Below, one piece after another: positions 37,656 through 49,934 of a DNA stretch of 64,000 bases (within the stretch, counting starts at the first letter, position 1; the number at the start of each line of letters is the position of its first letter). The notes below the pieces were generated by a model. The model did no database searches. It was given only the letters and a program-made list of their open reading frames with translations, and was not told the DNA's origin. This DNA comes from Podospora anserina (Eukaryota), in contig CM030335.1 of the NCBI GenBank assembly GCA_017654855.1, forward strand, positions 248,001 to 312,000, given 5' to 3'. Both the position numbers and the translations under genes were made by a program.

Positions 37656-38460
37656 ATACCAAGAAGGGGAAAGAGAGAGAGAGAGAAGAGGAGTAGCTAT
37701 GTAACATGTACAATATGAAACCAAACGTGTATTTCTTTTTCCAGTCCGTCAAAGCCAAACTTCTCATGAGAGACCATCTCTCGGCATGGGTCAGGCAACT
37801 CGGTGTATGTCAGCTATGGATGTAATCTTTCATTAAAGCAGCTACAGAAGTTTGCGAAAGACACTCGTGGCTGACCTCAAAAATAGCAGGTTTATTTCAC
37901 TTCATAAATCTCTGGTAACTATGTACAAAGCAGCAAAGGGAAAAAAAAGCCCGGCCGTGGTAATCATAAAATAAATAACAAGAACAAAAAGGGGAGTCAA
38001 AAGACAGCCTTGAGACCAAACCAACCACCACCCGGTCTTCTCTGTGTATTGTTCCCCTGACTCAGGACTTCCACCCCTTTAAACAATGCTCTCCTTTGGG
38101 AGTTTCATCCACATCAGTTACACCAATGTCCATCAGCCGGAACAACGCAAGCCTAGGGGTACTTTGTTTGATGTAATTTTCTCTTTTTTCACTGTGAGCG
38201 CTGCGCTGACGATAAATCTTTCGCCCTCCCATAAAAACCTTGATTTTTCCTCTCCCCCCCCCTCCCCTTTCATTGGTTTGCTCAGTCAGGTAAGGCCTCC
38301 TGACAAAAAAAAAGATCCCGTTCCATGTCAATTGTATGTTCTGTGCAGTCCGGCTGACGATATCGATGACATATTTTCTTGTTCCCACGCTCCCGCTTTT
38401 TTTTTATAAAAAAAACCACGAAGGAATCAACCCAACTGAACCATTTTTTTTCGACAATAT

Positions 38461-39435
38461 TTACACCATTTGTCTTGGTTCCATTGGCTTGGGCTGCTTC
38501 CCCTCCGTCATGTCATCATACCGATAGCTCTTAATCTCCAGCTCGTTGGCGCCAATGTCGTAGTCGGAGCTGTTGTTGCCGTGGTTGTAAGGGTTCTGCT
38601 CCCGGCTCGGCATCGGAGGCGAAATCTTGTATCGGTCAGCTCCGGCGGAGTCGTTTGACTTCTTGTCAACGTGGCGGTTGCGGAGGAAGATGCAAACTCC
38701 CACTCCGATGAGGGCGAGAACAGCGGCGCCGACACCGACACCAATGCCAATCTTGGCGGCTTCGGGGAGACCGGCAGGCGCACCTTCGTCCTCGGGGGTT
38801 TCGCTAGTCTCTTCCGCTTCGCCTGCAGAAGACGACTTGCTGGGGGCTTCGGTAGGAGTGCTGGTGACCTCGGCTGTGGATTCGGCGGTTGGGCTGGACT
38901 CAACCTGGGTGGCATTGTCAGTACAGAATTCTCATCTCGGAAGCCAACGAACCTACAGCAGTCGATGTCGCCTCTCCATCCGGATTTTCTGTAGGGGTTT
39001 CTGTGGAGGTGGGCTCGGCAGCAGCAGGCACGTCGGTCGTTGGCTCGGCTGGCGTGGGCTCGGGAGCTGGAGTCTCGGCAGGAGGGTCGGCGGGAATGTC
39101 TCCAGCAGGGAAAGGCGCACCGACAGCTGAGCAGCCGGCACTGAGCGCTGTCATAAGCGCGGGTTCATAGTCGGCAGCGCATGCTCCTGAATCCCGCACG
39201 CAGTTTTTGATAGCAATTCCCCAGTCAACCTTGGGGCACAAGCAGGCATATTGGGATGCTGGGCAGTCATAAGTTGGGGCTGTCAGGAGACAGTTGTGCT
39301 ATCATACTGTCAGTCATGGCCCTCTCATACTGCCTGTTGTCGACTTACAGCACAAGGGTCCAGGGTGCCAATGTCCAGAGCGAGGGCGAGGCCGCTGGCT
39401 GCCGAGAGCAGGGCCAAAGACCGGAGGGTCAACAT
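38461..39435 (-). CDS. CFEM-domain single-pass membrane protein
   Basis: Introns 39299-39348 and 38905-38956. Signal peptide; PCAHNCL..C..YACLC..CV..C..C eight-Cys pattern; P/T/E stalk; TM AKIGIGVGVGAAVLALIGVGVCIFL. Confidence 0.82.
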
Positions 39436-41767
39436 GGTGGTGGGATGTTGCTGTGTCTGTGATGAGGAACTGGATGGGAGAGGTCGATGGTGTCGTCGAG
39501 AAGTGGCAGATGAGGAGGTGGCGCCTCAATCATAAGCTATCGGGGGTGTCCGAGGAATGCAGAGCTGTGCGTCTTGGTCTGGGTGGGCCTGATAAAGTCC
39601 AGAAGTGTGAGGCTGATTCCTTCCCTTCCCGATTTGATGTGGTGTCGAGTGAGGTGAGGAAGGAAGCGGAAACGAAGAAAGAAAAAAAAAAGAAAAAACC
39701 AGCGCTGAAGGAGTGATCGCCGGGCCGAGTGAGAATCGAATTGGGTGTGTCTGGTATATCAATGAGTGTAGGTGAAGGTGAAGATCAGTCGACTCCGTGA
39801 GGAGATGCGGAAGCAGAGAAGGGCGGAGGTCAGCTGGTGTGGGCTCCGAGGGACCTTTGCGAGTTAAGTTCTCCCCCCCTGGAGGAAGGAATCACTGGAA
39901 TTGTTCCATCCCCAGACTGATTGGGTGGTTTTGGGGCCTTTCCTGTTCGGCGGTACGTACCCCCGGTTGCGCCCCGGGATCTGGGGTCAAGAAGACGGCC
40001 GTGTGTCTGGGATCCCTGCTCAAGAGCGCCGCAACCCCTGCCAAGCATCAGCCACAGCCGGAAGGCAGCCATCATCAACTTCTTGCGTTTTTCTATTCCA
40101 CAGCTAGCCAAAGATAATAAAATATCCAAACATCGCTTTTCTTGTTGCTGTTTGAGGCGCACACAGTTCCCCTGCATCAACACCCGCCCGACGTAGAACC
40201 TGCGCCCCGATCTTGACTGCCGGCTGCACACGTATCGGTCCCGATATAGCGATGCAGCCTGCGGAACAACAGCAACGTTGCTGACAGTCCTGTCGGCATG
40301 ACGGCTGATCCCGCCGCTGAAAGATCCGTTAGTTCTTGATCAAGCTCGGCATGACAGCCACATTTGCAAACCAAGTGTTCTCATGCTGAAGGGTGAGGTC
40401 ATCTGAAGTTGGGTGTCCGTCAATGCCAAACAGAGGCGGTCACCAGTATTCGCAGATGCCATCTCATCAAATCAATTCCCAAGTTTCTGGTGCAGGTGAT
40501 GTGATCCTCACAAGGGTTGGCCTGCCTTCCCTCACCAGCCATCGCTGGAGCTTGGTTCGACGAATCAAGACCCATGTCTTAATTTGACGCTTGAACAAGG
40601 ATCAGCTACCTTAATCGAGTTCCAGAAATTCTGTCACCTCACGCCCGTTGGCCCAGTTGACAGCCGCCCACCAAAAATACCCTACACTATATTCCACAGG
40701 TCGCCTTTTTTTCAATTTTTATTTAATTTAGTTTAATTTTTAACAGATACAGATAGGTATTGTCTGGATCTCTACATCTCCACCATCACTGGCATAACGG
40801 TTGGCAGTTGGCGTTGGTGCCATGGCAGCCCCAAGCACACCTGCTCGGTTCGGCCAGCGCTAAATAACCACAATCGCCAGTCCCGCAGTAGCTGTTTCAG
40901 AACCTCACAACCTGGCCTGGGCATCTTTTCCCTCAGAAATCATGATGCGCCCCACTGTTTGAAGCACAGAGTGAGCTGTTCTCATCTTTTTCTTTACTTT
41001 GTCCGGTCCCCCAGATTTTTTCCCTCATACTCGTCAGCTTTTGAACGTCGATTATCCAGCTGTAGGGAGTGACCCCTGACCACGCCGTGAGGGGCAGTGA
41101 GAAACAAGCAATGCGCGCCGCAGAAAAACGCTCATCCGTCTGTTTCAGAAACTCTGTGGATTATCTGCCGGCCGGGTGTCTTGGAAGACTACGACGGCGT
41201 CAGATTTGTCCACCAAACAGCAACTCCGGTCCCTCGTCACAAGCAGAGACATGGCACTGGGCGCTGAGAAACTCTCTTCTCTCTTACACGCGCCACTCCA
41301 GTCCCTCGGCATGCCGATCTCTTCCATGCCCTAGCCGAACCTGCAGGTCCCGAGAGGACTCCAGAATGGAAAACCAGGAACATCAGATTGCCAGTACCAT
41401 TGATCTTCGTTCCCGCCGCTTTAAACGTGATTTCACCCTGAGCCGTTTGGAAAAAGAGCCGATTGTCTTGGACGAGCTGCCGCCTCGGGAAGGCATTCAC
41501 AAGATTTTACGGATATGAATGGGACACTTCTTACTTCGTATAAAAACCCTCACAATCGCGGCATGTCGTCATGGGTGTATGGATCTATGTATGGGTCGCT
41601 ACCGCGGTCTCATCATGCCTGCGCCACGGTGCTGCTACAAGAGAGGGAAATTGCACTTCAATGCGCCGGCCCTGGTGGTTGGGTCTGTTCGGGTGATACA
41701 AAGATGGGAAACTTTGTACTATGTACAGGGACCTGAACACACCTTGTACCCCGCTTCTGTTTCTTTG

Positions 41768-41793
41768 TGCTGCTGCTGCTGCTGCTGCTGCTG
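41768..41793. repeat. (TGC)n trinucleotide microsatellite
   Basis: About 8-9 perfect units, intergenic. Confidence 0.85.
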
Positions 41794-43886
41794 GCTGTGC
41801 CCCTGAGATCTTCGTCTGATCGTTGGTCTCCGCTGGAATGGCAGAGTACCAGCCGGTTGCGATGAGATTCCCCGATGAACGTCTCCAGTAAGATGTATGG
41901 CGTGGGATGGAAAGGGGGAGGTTCGGTTTGGAGCCTTTGCTGGAAGTGGCTGTTGAACCGAGGAGATGTTTGTGGGTTGGTTGTTGGGAGCATAATCTTT
42001 CATCCGTCTGACGGACGGTCAGAGTTGGTCATCACATCGCCGGATGATCCTTCAGAAGAACTTGTGGTGAATCCTGGCAGGCTTCCGCAATGCATGCCTG
42101 AAGGACTAAGGTACCAGCAAGTTGGCGGTGCCAACGGCAGCATGTTATTCTTCCACATGGCAACAGCTTTAGGAGCATCTCCTCGGCCTATCTCTGTGTT
42201 TTCTTCAGAGACCTATCAACATCTTTCAAGGCCCTCCTCCGTGTAGTAGCATCCCCTTTTTGACGCATAGCGTGGCTACCTATTTCAGGGGAAATGAGCT
42301 GAAGGAACCGAGACAGTTTGAAGATGTGCTACTTTGGAGTGAGACATCTCTCCCAGTGCCACGAGCCACGTAATAAGGCTGGATCGTCGTTCTCTCCTTG
42401 TGTTATCGTGATGGCCTTGGTGTGACTCCGGTTGCACTTCCGAGCCTGAATTCAAGCTGGGTCAGAATTTGGCAACTTCCAACTACAACTCTATCTAGTT
42501 GGCAAAGCGCCCTGTCCTGTACATCTCACAACATTGTCCGAATGATCGGGGTCCCAAAGCCTTCACGGGCAGTTGCTGGTTGTCACGGAGATATTTCGCT
42601 GTGGTTACAGCCTCGCTGATATGACAAGGCAGTCCACCAAAAGCCACCTGGACAAAGTACTTATGACACTGGGATACGTGGCAGACACTGTGGTCGTTCT
42701 GTCTTTGGAGGTGGGTGCGTTGCTATATCTGTATAGTCCACATTTGCAAGCTGACCCGTACTACATCCTGGCATGTCCCAGGCCGGTCAGCCATCCATTA
42801 TCAGAGCTGACTCTTGTGCTTCGGTATTGTCAATTCTATTGCCGATATTATGGAGTCGGCAGCTTTCTCACCTCGACCTTGCGACGCCACCCGATCACAA
42901 CATACCAAGAGTATAAGTGAGCGGTGAACCCTCACTTATACACTCTTCAACATGCCCTCGGGGCCGCACAAACCGGCCATCCTATTGGAACCCGCCATTC
43001 AACCGCCATAATTCACCGTCTCACAACTCTCTTCATCTCAACTTCAAGATGACCCACCAATCAAGTCCCACTCAGAATGCCTCTCACAATCCACCACTTG
43101 TAAACCCTCTTCTTTTCTCCCCCGACTGAGCCGCCAACTCACAACCACTGGGGAGGAGAGTCACGTGGATGGGGTGAGGTATTTTGGGAGGGTTGTGGAG
43201 AGGGTGGGGGTATAGGAGGCTAATGGCGATGGGGGAGCCTGGGATGGGGCTGCAATTGTGGCTGGGTGCGGAAAGGGTGATGGAGGGGATGAGGAATTGA
43301 AGGGGGAAAGGGACTGTTTTTAGACCTTTTTACCTTTTTTGTATTCAAAAGCTCGAACAGACTTGGAAGGCAAGACTCTAGGTTGTGCAAAGGCCATCAT
43401 AGTTCTGGTGTCTGATCAAGATGGTGATGGTATGGCCTGGGGTTATAAGAACAAAACATTATGAATACTTAGTTAGTGTATATCTCCTCCAATCTCGAAA
43501 CCGAGCCAAAAATGCCTTTTGACTCCCCCCATCAACAAAAGCATCCATCCATCCACGAGTCCATGCCGTCTCTTTCTCACATCCTCTTCATCCCCCCACC
43601 AGGGCAGTCCGCCCAAGCTCCCAGCTCCCAAAGCTATGACCACCTATCTTGCCCCACACCTGCCCGCCCGCTCCACCACCAAACAATGACAACACGCTTA
43701 CCTAACCCTTTCCCCCCTTCCCCTCCTCACAAGATCACGTGTCCAACCCTCTGCCAAGTCTTGTGTTTTTGCCGAGCGCGAGCGGGTTCGGGCGGGCAGA
43801 GGAGAGGAGGAAAACGGGAAAATCAGGTCATCAATCATCATCAACCACCGAAACCGACCGAAACGAAGCTTACCTGCCTCTGCGGG

Positions 43887-43933
43887 CAACAACAACAACA
43901 ACAACACAACCACAACCACAACCACAACAACAA
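43887..43933. repeat. Compound (CAA)n/(CACAAC)n microsatellite upstream of COX9
   Basis: Direct reading of the sequence. Confidence 0.8.
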
Positions 43934-44017
43934 CCAAACTCTCTCCAAGCGAGAGAAAAGCAAACCCGAAAACGGCGTATCTGAACGATCGGCGAAAAAA
44001 CAACAACAACAATAACA

Positions 44018-44493
44018 ATGGCCTCTGCTGCTGTCGCTCCGGCTTTTAAGCCTATCACTGGGGTGGGTTTTTCTTGAGGGTTTATTTGGAGGGGGTCCCG
44101 GGGAGGATACAAACTGAAGCTGGGGAGGGGAGAAGAAGAGAAGGGAATTCAGGCTAACCGGAGGGGGGGGGAATTGATACAGATGCTCCGCCGGGGTTTG
44201 ATCCTTGATTTGAGCATTGGGCTTGGTATGTTCTCTTTTTTCTCCCTTTTCTCTTTTGACCTGGATTTGGCTGACGGGCTGGGTTTTGGGGAAAACAGGT
44301 CTCGGATTTGTGTTTGGCAATGCCTTTTGGTAGGTTTTTGTTTTCTCGAGCTGTTGAAGGGGGGAATTGGGAATGGGCTTGCTAATCTCGGGGATTGGAA
44401 TATAGGTACGGCTACCACATGCCTCGGGTCAACGCTCGTGATGCGTACTACCGCAAGCTGGAGGAGGCTCGCGCTGCTAGACAGGGCAACTAA
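44018..44493 (+). CDS. COX9: Cytochrome c oxidase subunit VIIa (Cox9)
   Basis: Exons 44018-44062, 44183-44225, 44299-44329, 44406-44493. Product MASAAVAPAFKPITGMLRRGLILDLSIGLGLGFVFGNAFWYGYHMPRVNARDAYYRKLEEARAARQGN*; not recovered by the ORF track. Confidence 0.92.
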
Positions 44494-44964
44494 GGGATAT
44501 GACTACATGGTGGTGAATTGAGAGGGTTTGGGATGGGGGCCATATTGCTGCTGTGCTGTGCTGTGCTTATGGTGTGGCTGGCGGGCATGACCTGGAGATG
44601 GATGGGCGAGTGTATCATATCCGTTATAGACAGACAGGGGATCAAATGGACGACACAAGTTCGGTTTTATGGGGTTGGGAATTTATGTTTTGCTTTGGCT
44701 GCTGGGTGAAGTGGGTGGGAAGACGAGAGCTTACTTGGGTCGCTTTGGCGATGGAGGAGCTTCCAGAGCTCCTGGTGCTAAGCTTGGTGTATGGACTAGG
44801 ATCAACCCCGCGGTGATGAGAGAGGAGCGCCGGACAGGTTCGTGACAGGCTGGGATGTGGCGGTGATATGTTTGCCGGCATGTGCTGCGTGATCGTGGGA
44901 CATTCACGTCCATTGCGTAGAGGAGCCATACTTAATCTTTTGCATCAAATCTCTACCACCTCGG

Positions 44965-45426
44965 CTATCTCTTTGCTGTTTGCGCACCCACCTCCAATTG
45001 CGTCCCTCCAGCGGCGGCATCGCCGCCCGCCCCCTTGCTCAGAGCATTCAGACACTCCCAACTTGTCGTCTCGGCTGTAAAAGTGCCACCGTTCTTCATC
45101 GGGCATCTACACCACACGTGGGCAACAAGACAAGGCAAAAAGTCAACTACAAACTGCAACTGTCTCCCCTCCATTCTCAAAAGAAAAGAAAGAAAAACTT
45201 ACACCCTGAAAAAGCGCTTGACGGGCGTGCACACGACGGGGCAGTTGGCCTCGTTGGGGCGGGCGATCTGGCAGTCGTACTGCACAAACGAGAAGAGGTC
45301 GCAGTCGCGGGAGAGGTCGGTCGGTTTCCCGCTGGGGGTCTTGCGGGCGCGGTGGGAGCTGTTGGGGAGGTGGTGGATGTGGGAGGGGAGCTGGGAGGAG
45401 GGGAAGGTTTGGACGTGCGGGGCCAT
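44965..45426 (-). CDS. SOM1: Mitochondrial inner-membrane peptidase accessory subunit Som1-like
   Basis: Exons 45426-45203 and 45106-44965. MAPHVQTFP...CDLFSFVQYDC...VCTPVKRFFRVC...FTAETTSWE pattern. Confidence 0.8.
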
Positions 45427-45515
45427 TTTTTTCCTTTTTTTTCTTTTGGGACTCTTGTCTGCCTGACCCTTTGGAGCACGCAAAATTGGGGAGACAGTAG
45501 GGTAACAAGAACAAA

Positions 45516-46492
45516 ATGAATGCGACTGAGGCGGCGGGGAGGAGGTTGCTGGACGAGATTGAGGAGATGGCGTTGGATGAGGTGAGTTTGGTTTGTGGTT
45601 TGTGTTTTGTGTTTGATGGATGGTGGTGATGATGATGGGGGGTGGTGGTGGTGGTGGTAGTGGTGGAGGCTAATTGATGGGATGGATTTCATTTCAGGTT
45701 CTTGCCGCTTTTCGCACGGGCTTTCGAGCCGCTGCCTGCACCGGCGGCCACAACGACGCCATCATCGGCCCCAACGACGCTGTGAGTGTCAAGAAGGAGG
45801 AGGATGCACAATATGGGCCCAAGACATTTCCGATTGAGGCTCTCAATGACCTTGTGCAACGCAACTTTCGAGCGACTGGGTCAGCACCACTGGCGGTTTC
45901 CGGGCGGTATTACGAGCTGGTTTACGTGCTGATTGCGACGCTCATCGCGAGCCCGTGGGACAAGGCGGTGGTGGTGGTTGACTTGGAAGGAAGATTCGAT
46001 CCCTTGAGGGTGTTGGCTGCTCCGCTTGCTGGGCAGGTATCATCATTGCAAGACAACGAAAAAACAGCGACAAAGCGGGCGAGGGTAGAGAGAAGCGACT
46101 TGGAACACATTCACATCCTGCAGCCGAAGAAGGGAAACTGGGAACAGCAGCCACCTGCTCGATTTGTTTCGGCCTGTCTCACCACCATGGAGGAGTACAT
46201 GCTCTACGGAGCCCACCGGAGCCGGGGACGGCAGTGGTGGGGCACGGTGCTCATCGGAGGCGGCTTCAACCCCGTTGGAGGCCTGCCAAAGGCCGTCTCC
46301 GCCCAAGTCGCGGTGACGGCCGGACGGAGGGGGTGGCTCAGGGTGGAGAGGGCCGAGGTGCCTGGGTTTGGGGAGTTGAGTGTGGAACAGGCATCGAGAG
46401 ATCGGGAGAAGCGGCAACAAGCGGTTGAGCAGATGGGTTGGGTTGGGAGTTCCCCACGGGGAGGATTTTCCTTTGGCGGAGAGGCTCCGTAA
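45516..46492 (+). CDS. Divergent RecA/Rad51-paralog-like protein (XRCC2/Rlp1-like)
   Basis: Exons 45516-45581 and 45698-46492. KAVVVVDLEGRFDPLRV resembles the Rad51-family DtEgrF..eRl motif; DLEHIHI strand present; no intact Walker A. The gene model is firmer than the family call. Confidence 0.6.
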
Positions 46493-48434
46493 ATACGGGT
46501 ACGGGGACGGACGGTGGTTGATCGGGGTTCCACGGAGTCCACAGCGTCTTTATGCGTTCGATATCGAATTTACGGCGCGCGAATCCTGAGGGTGGAAGTT
46601 ACAACACGTGGAGGATTCACAGGTTCCATTTGGCATCAGGGAGCGATGTGATGGCCATCTGATATCAGCTCTCACCAGCTGGACGACACCCGCCGGTGGA
46701 GCCGCTTTCTCGACAGAGAGACCCACCAGTCACATATCTTCCTACCCAAGAGAGAGGGAAGTGAGGGACTGGAGGCCCAACGGCGGATATGGCCTGAGTT
46801 GACTCGCGGCTCCCTTAGGACCCATGGTGCCATGGTGTTGGAATCGGCCAAATCTGCAGCTAAGATCCCTCGATCAAGCTCAGAAACAGGCTAGAAAACT
46901 ACACCACCGTTCGGATAGAGGCCGCGGCAACCAGTCGCGGAAGGGAGACGTATTGCCGGAGTGAACTCATGATGATGAGAACGGAAGGAGTGGTGTTGAG
47001 GTCAAACTGCGTGACTGCATTATCTTCACTGCAGTTGCCTTGGTTCAACACAACCTTCATCACCGGTTCCAGGTAGTTTTCTTACTGATCTCGCCTCATC
47101 CAGCCCGGCCTACATCGATCGACGGGTAGCTTCTTCCCCAATGTTTTCACATGCTGGGCAGCCACGGCATCCAAAAGAACTCACAGTGCTCAGCACACTG
47201 TCACTCTGTCACTGGTTGTTCACCGGCTCGGCAGCGGGCTCAACAGTGATTTGGGAAGAATACCCAATCAAGGAGCTTCGCTCGTGATAAAAGATGCAGG
47301 CACGCAGAGCACGGCCGGAGGATCACCGCGGCTGCCCTGCTTCCTGCTGTGCTGTTGGCCGGCATTGTTGTTCATTATCGGACGTTTTTGCCCTGGCCGA
47401 AGGACCCTATCAGTTCCGGGGGTCCACTCCGGCATTCTCAGGGGGATCCGCCTTGACGTCATGGTGATCGGCACTACAGCCGGGCGGCGACTTGGCAGTC
47501 AGACCTCTGCCGACTTCCGCTCGCCCTCCCATCTTTCCGTATCACACACAGCGGCCTCGCCGCGGGCGCCCGACCACTTCCCAATCCCGGAAAGGTCCCC
47601 TTCCGGTGGCCGTCATAGGGCCCCATCTCCCGTTGAGCAACCGCACATTCTTACCTCTAGTAGCAACCACGTTCCAAGCCCCGATTCGTCCTGTAGAGCC
47701 TTGATCTTCCCTCCATGGCATCAAAGCTTTTTGTCGGACCCGGTTTTTCTCTTGGTCCCAGTTGTGCCAGTACCGGTTCAAACCGAGTCAGCCAAGTCGG
47801 GAGCCATTATCTAAGCTGACTTGGTGATACCAGTCCGATAAGCCCTGCGTCTTGACTGACAAGGATGCTGGACCCTCAGGACCCTTACATCTGCAAGCTG
47901 TGTTGTTGTTTGGTGCGAGGGGTTGTTGGAGGGAGAGAGGGGCCGGCGGGGATGAGGCCACCAGAAAACATGGGATGGGCATCTCACCGCATTGCTGCGT
48001 AGGACAAGCTAACGTTGAAGGCTCCCAATGGAGGAGGCGAGACGGGGACCCGGCGGAAAAACTGGTTCTCCAGGCACACCAGAGAACTTTGTTGCTGCCA
48101 CACACACCCACACCACGCCTCTGGATATCCACCGTTACCCACATGGACCCTGAGACCCTGTTTTGACGCCGTCCCAACGCTTTGTGATTGCTGGGCTGAG
48201 TTCCACCTCAGAGACAGCCACGCCTTCTTGGACTGTCCAGAGACCGCCTCCCATCGATGGCTTCTCGAATATATATATGGACACCGGCTCCCTCTTGCTT
48301 CCTCTAGCTTTTTAGTCTCCCACTTACAGCCAGCCGCTTGAATGTCTCAACCACCAGGTGTACTCATAGTTCACCTGTTCGATCCTTATTACCACTACTC
48401 AATCCACGACTGGTAGTCATTCCTTTACTCCACC

Positions 48435-49934
48435 ATGTCAACCAACAACAACAACACCCTGACCACCCCGGTCCCCCAGAGGCCGTCCATGTGCCCTCGC
48501 CAGCTCTCCAGCAGCAGCTTCGCCTCGGCCTTTGAGGTGGCCCGCACCAAGCTCAGCGAGCTCGGAGTCGAGGAGCCAGACACCGACGACGACGACAACA
48601 CTCTTTCCCCCTTTTCCAGCTCGTCGGGAGAAGAGGATGACTCCGACTCCTCTCCTTACTCTCCCTCAGTCGAGAGCGACTCCAGCACCAGCGAAGCCGC
48701 TTCACCACTCCACTCTCCCCTGACCGCTCCCGTCACACCAGCAAGCCTCGACCCAGATGTCGCCGACAACTTCGCCTTTGCCTTTGACATCGACGGCGTT
48801 CTTGTCCGCGGCGGGAAGCCCATCCCCGAGGCCATCGAAGCGATGAAGGTCCTCAACGGGGAGAACCCCTTCGGCATCAAGGTCCCCTACATCTTCCTCA
48901 CCAACGGCGGCGGCAAGTTCGAGACTGAGCGCTGCCGGGATCTGTCCCGCCAGCTCGAGATTGATGTTTCTCCTGGCCAGTTCATCTGCGGCCACACTCC
49001 CATGAGGGAGTTTGCCAACAAGTACGGCACCGTCCTCGTCGTCGGCGGGGAGGGAGAAAAGTGCCGCGAGGTTGCCGAGTCCTACGGCTTCCGGGATGTC
49101 ATCACTCCAGGCGACATCATCAAGGCCAACGCCGCCACTGCCCCTTTCCGCGCCTTGACCGAGTCTGAGATCAAGAACTCTCGTGATCTCCTCGCAAGAG
49201 GGGGGAAGATGAGCGACATCGTCGTCGAGGCCGTCTTTGTCTTTGCCGACAGCCGGGACTGGGCCTCGGACCTGCAGATCATGCTCGACATTGCCCAGTC
49301 CAAGGGCGGCAGATTGGAAACCCGCTCCGAGAACTTTGACGAGGGTCCTCCGATCTACTTCAGCCACAATGACGTTCTCTGGTCGGCGGCGCACGAGCAC
49401 GTCCGACTGGGCATGGGCGCCCTGAGGAAGATTGTCGAGACAGTGTTTGAGGACGTGTCCGGCGGCAGGAAGCTCAAGACGCACGCGTTCGGCAAGCCGC
49501 AGGTGAGCACATTTGAGTTTGCGACCCGGCTGCTCCAGCAGTGGAGGGCCACCCAGCACGGGCTGGCCGAGAGTGAGCCGCCCGAGACGGTCTACTTTGT
49601 CGGCGACACCCCCGAGAGCGACATCAAGGGGACGAACGCCATGAACGAGAAGAGCAAGAATGAGTGGTACAGCATCTTGGTCAAGACGGGGGTGTACCAG
49701 GCCGGCACCGAGCCGAAGCACAAGCCCAGAAAGCTGGTGGACACGGTGCTGGACGCGGTGAACCACGGAATCAGGAGGGAGATGGCCAAGCTGGGGACGA
49801 GGAAGGATGGCAAGGGGAGGAAGCTGCCCTTGGATGATGCCGCGCTCAAGGCAATTAGCGAGGGGAGGACGCCCAACTTTGAGCTGAGCGCCGATCCCTT
49901 TGCCAAGGCGGTTGAGCAGCAGCAGGTGCAATGA
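48435..49934 (+). CDS. HAD-superfamily subfamily IIA hydrolase (CECR5/HDHD5-like)
   Basis: FAFDIDGVL (motif I), FLTNGGG (II), FGKP (III), FVGDTPESDIKG (IV), ILVKTGVY. Confidence 0.9.
   Translation: MSTNNNNTLTTPVPQRPSMCPRQLSSSSFASAFEVARTKLSELGVEEPDTDDDDNTLSPFSSSSGEEDDSDSSPYSPSVESDSSTSEAASPLHSPLTAPVTPASLDPDVADNFAFAFDIDGVLVRGGKPIPEAIEAMKVLNGENPFGIKVPYIFLTNGGGKFETERCRDLSRQLEIDVSPGQFICGHTPMREFANKYGTVLVVGGEGEKCREVAESYGFRDVITPGDIIKANAATAPFRALTESEIKNSRDLLARGGKMSDIVVEAVFVFADSRDWASDLQIMLDIAQSKGGRLETRSENFDEGPPIYFSHNDVLWSAAHEHVRLGMGALRKIVETVFEDVSGGRKLKTHAFGKPQVSTFEFATRLLQQWRATQHGLAESEPPETVYFVGDTPESDIKGTNAMNEKSKNEWYSILVKTGVYQAGTEPKHKPRKLVDTVLDAVNHGIRREMAKLGTRKDGKGRKLPLDDAALKAISEGRTPNFELSADPFAKAVEQQQVQ

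Noticed and set aside
41040..41075. GAAC..GAT..CCAGC.GTAGGGAG loosely resembling a TPP riboswitch 3' half
   Set aside because: No properly placed upstream CTGAGA/P2-P3 elements and no thiamine gene nearby.
43702..43710. CTAACCCT telomerase-template-like motif
   Set aside because: An 8-nt match is expected by chance; no pseudoknot or other telomerase RNA elements were recognised.
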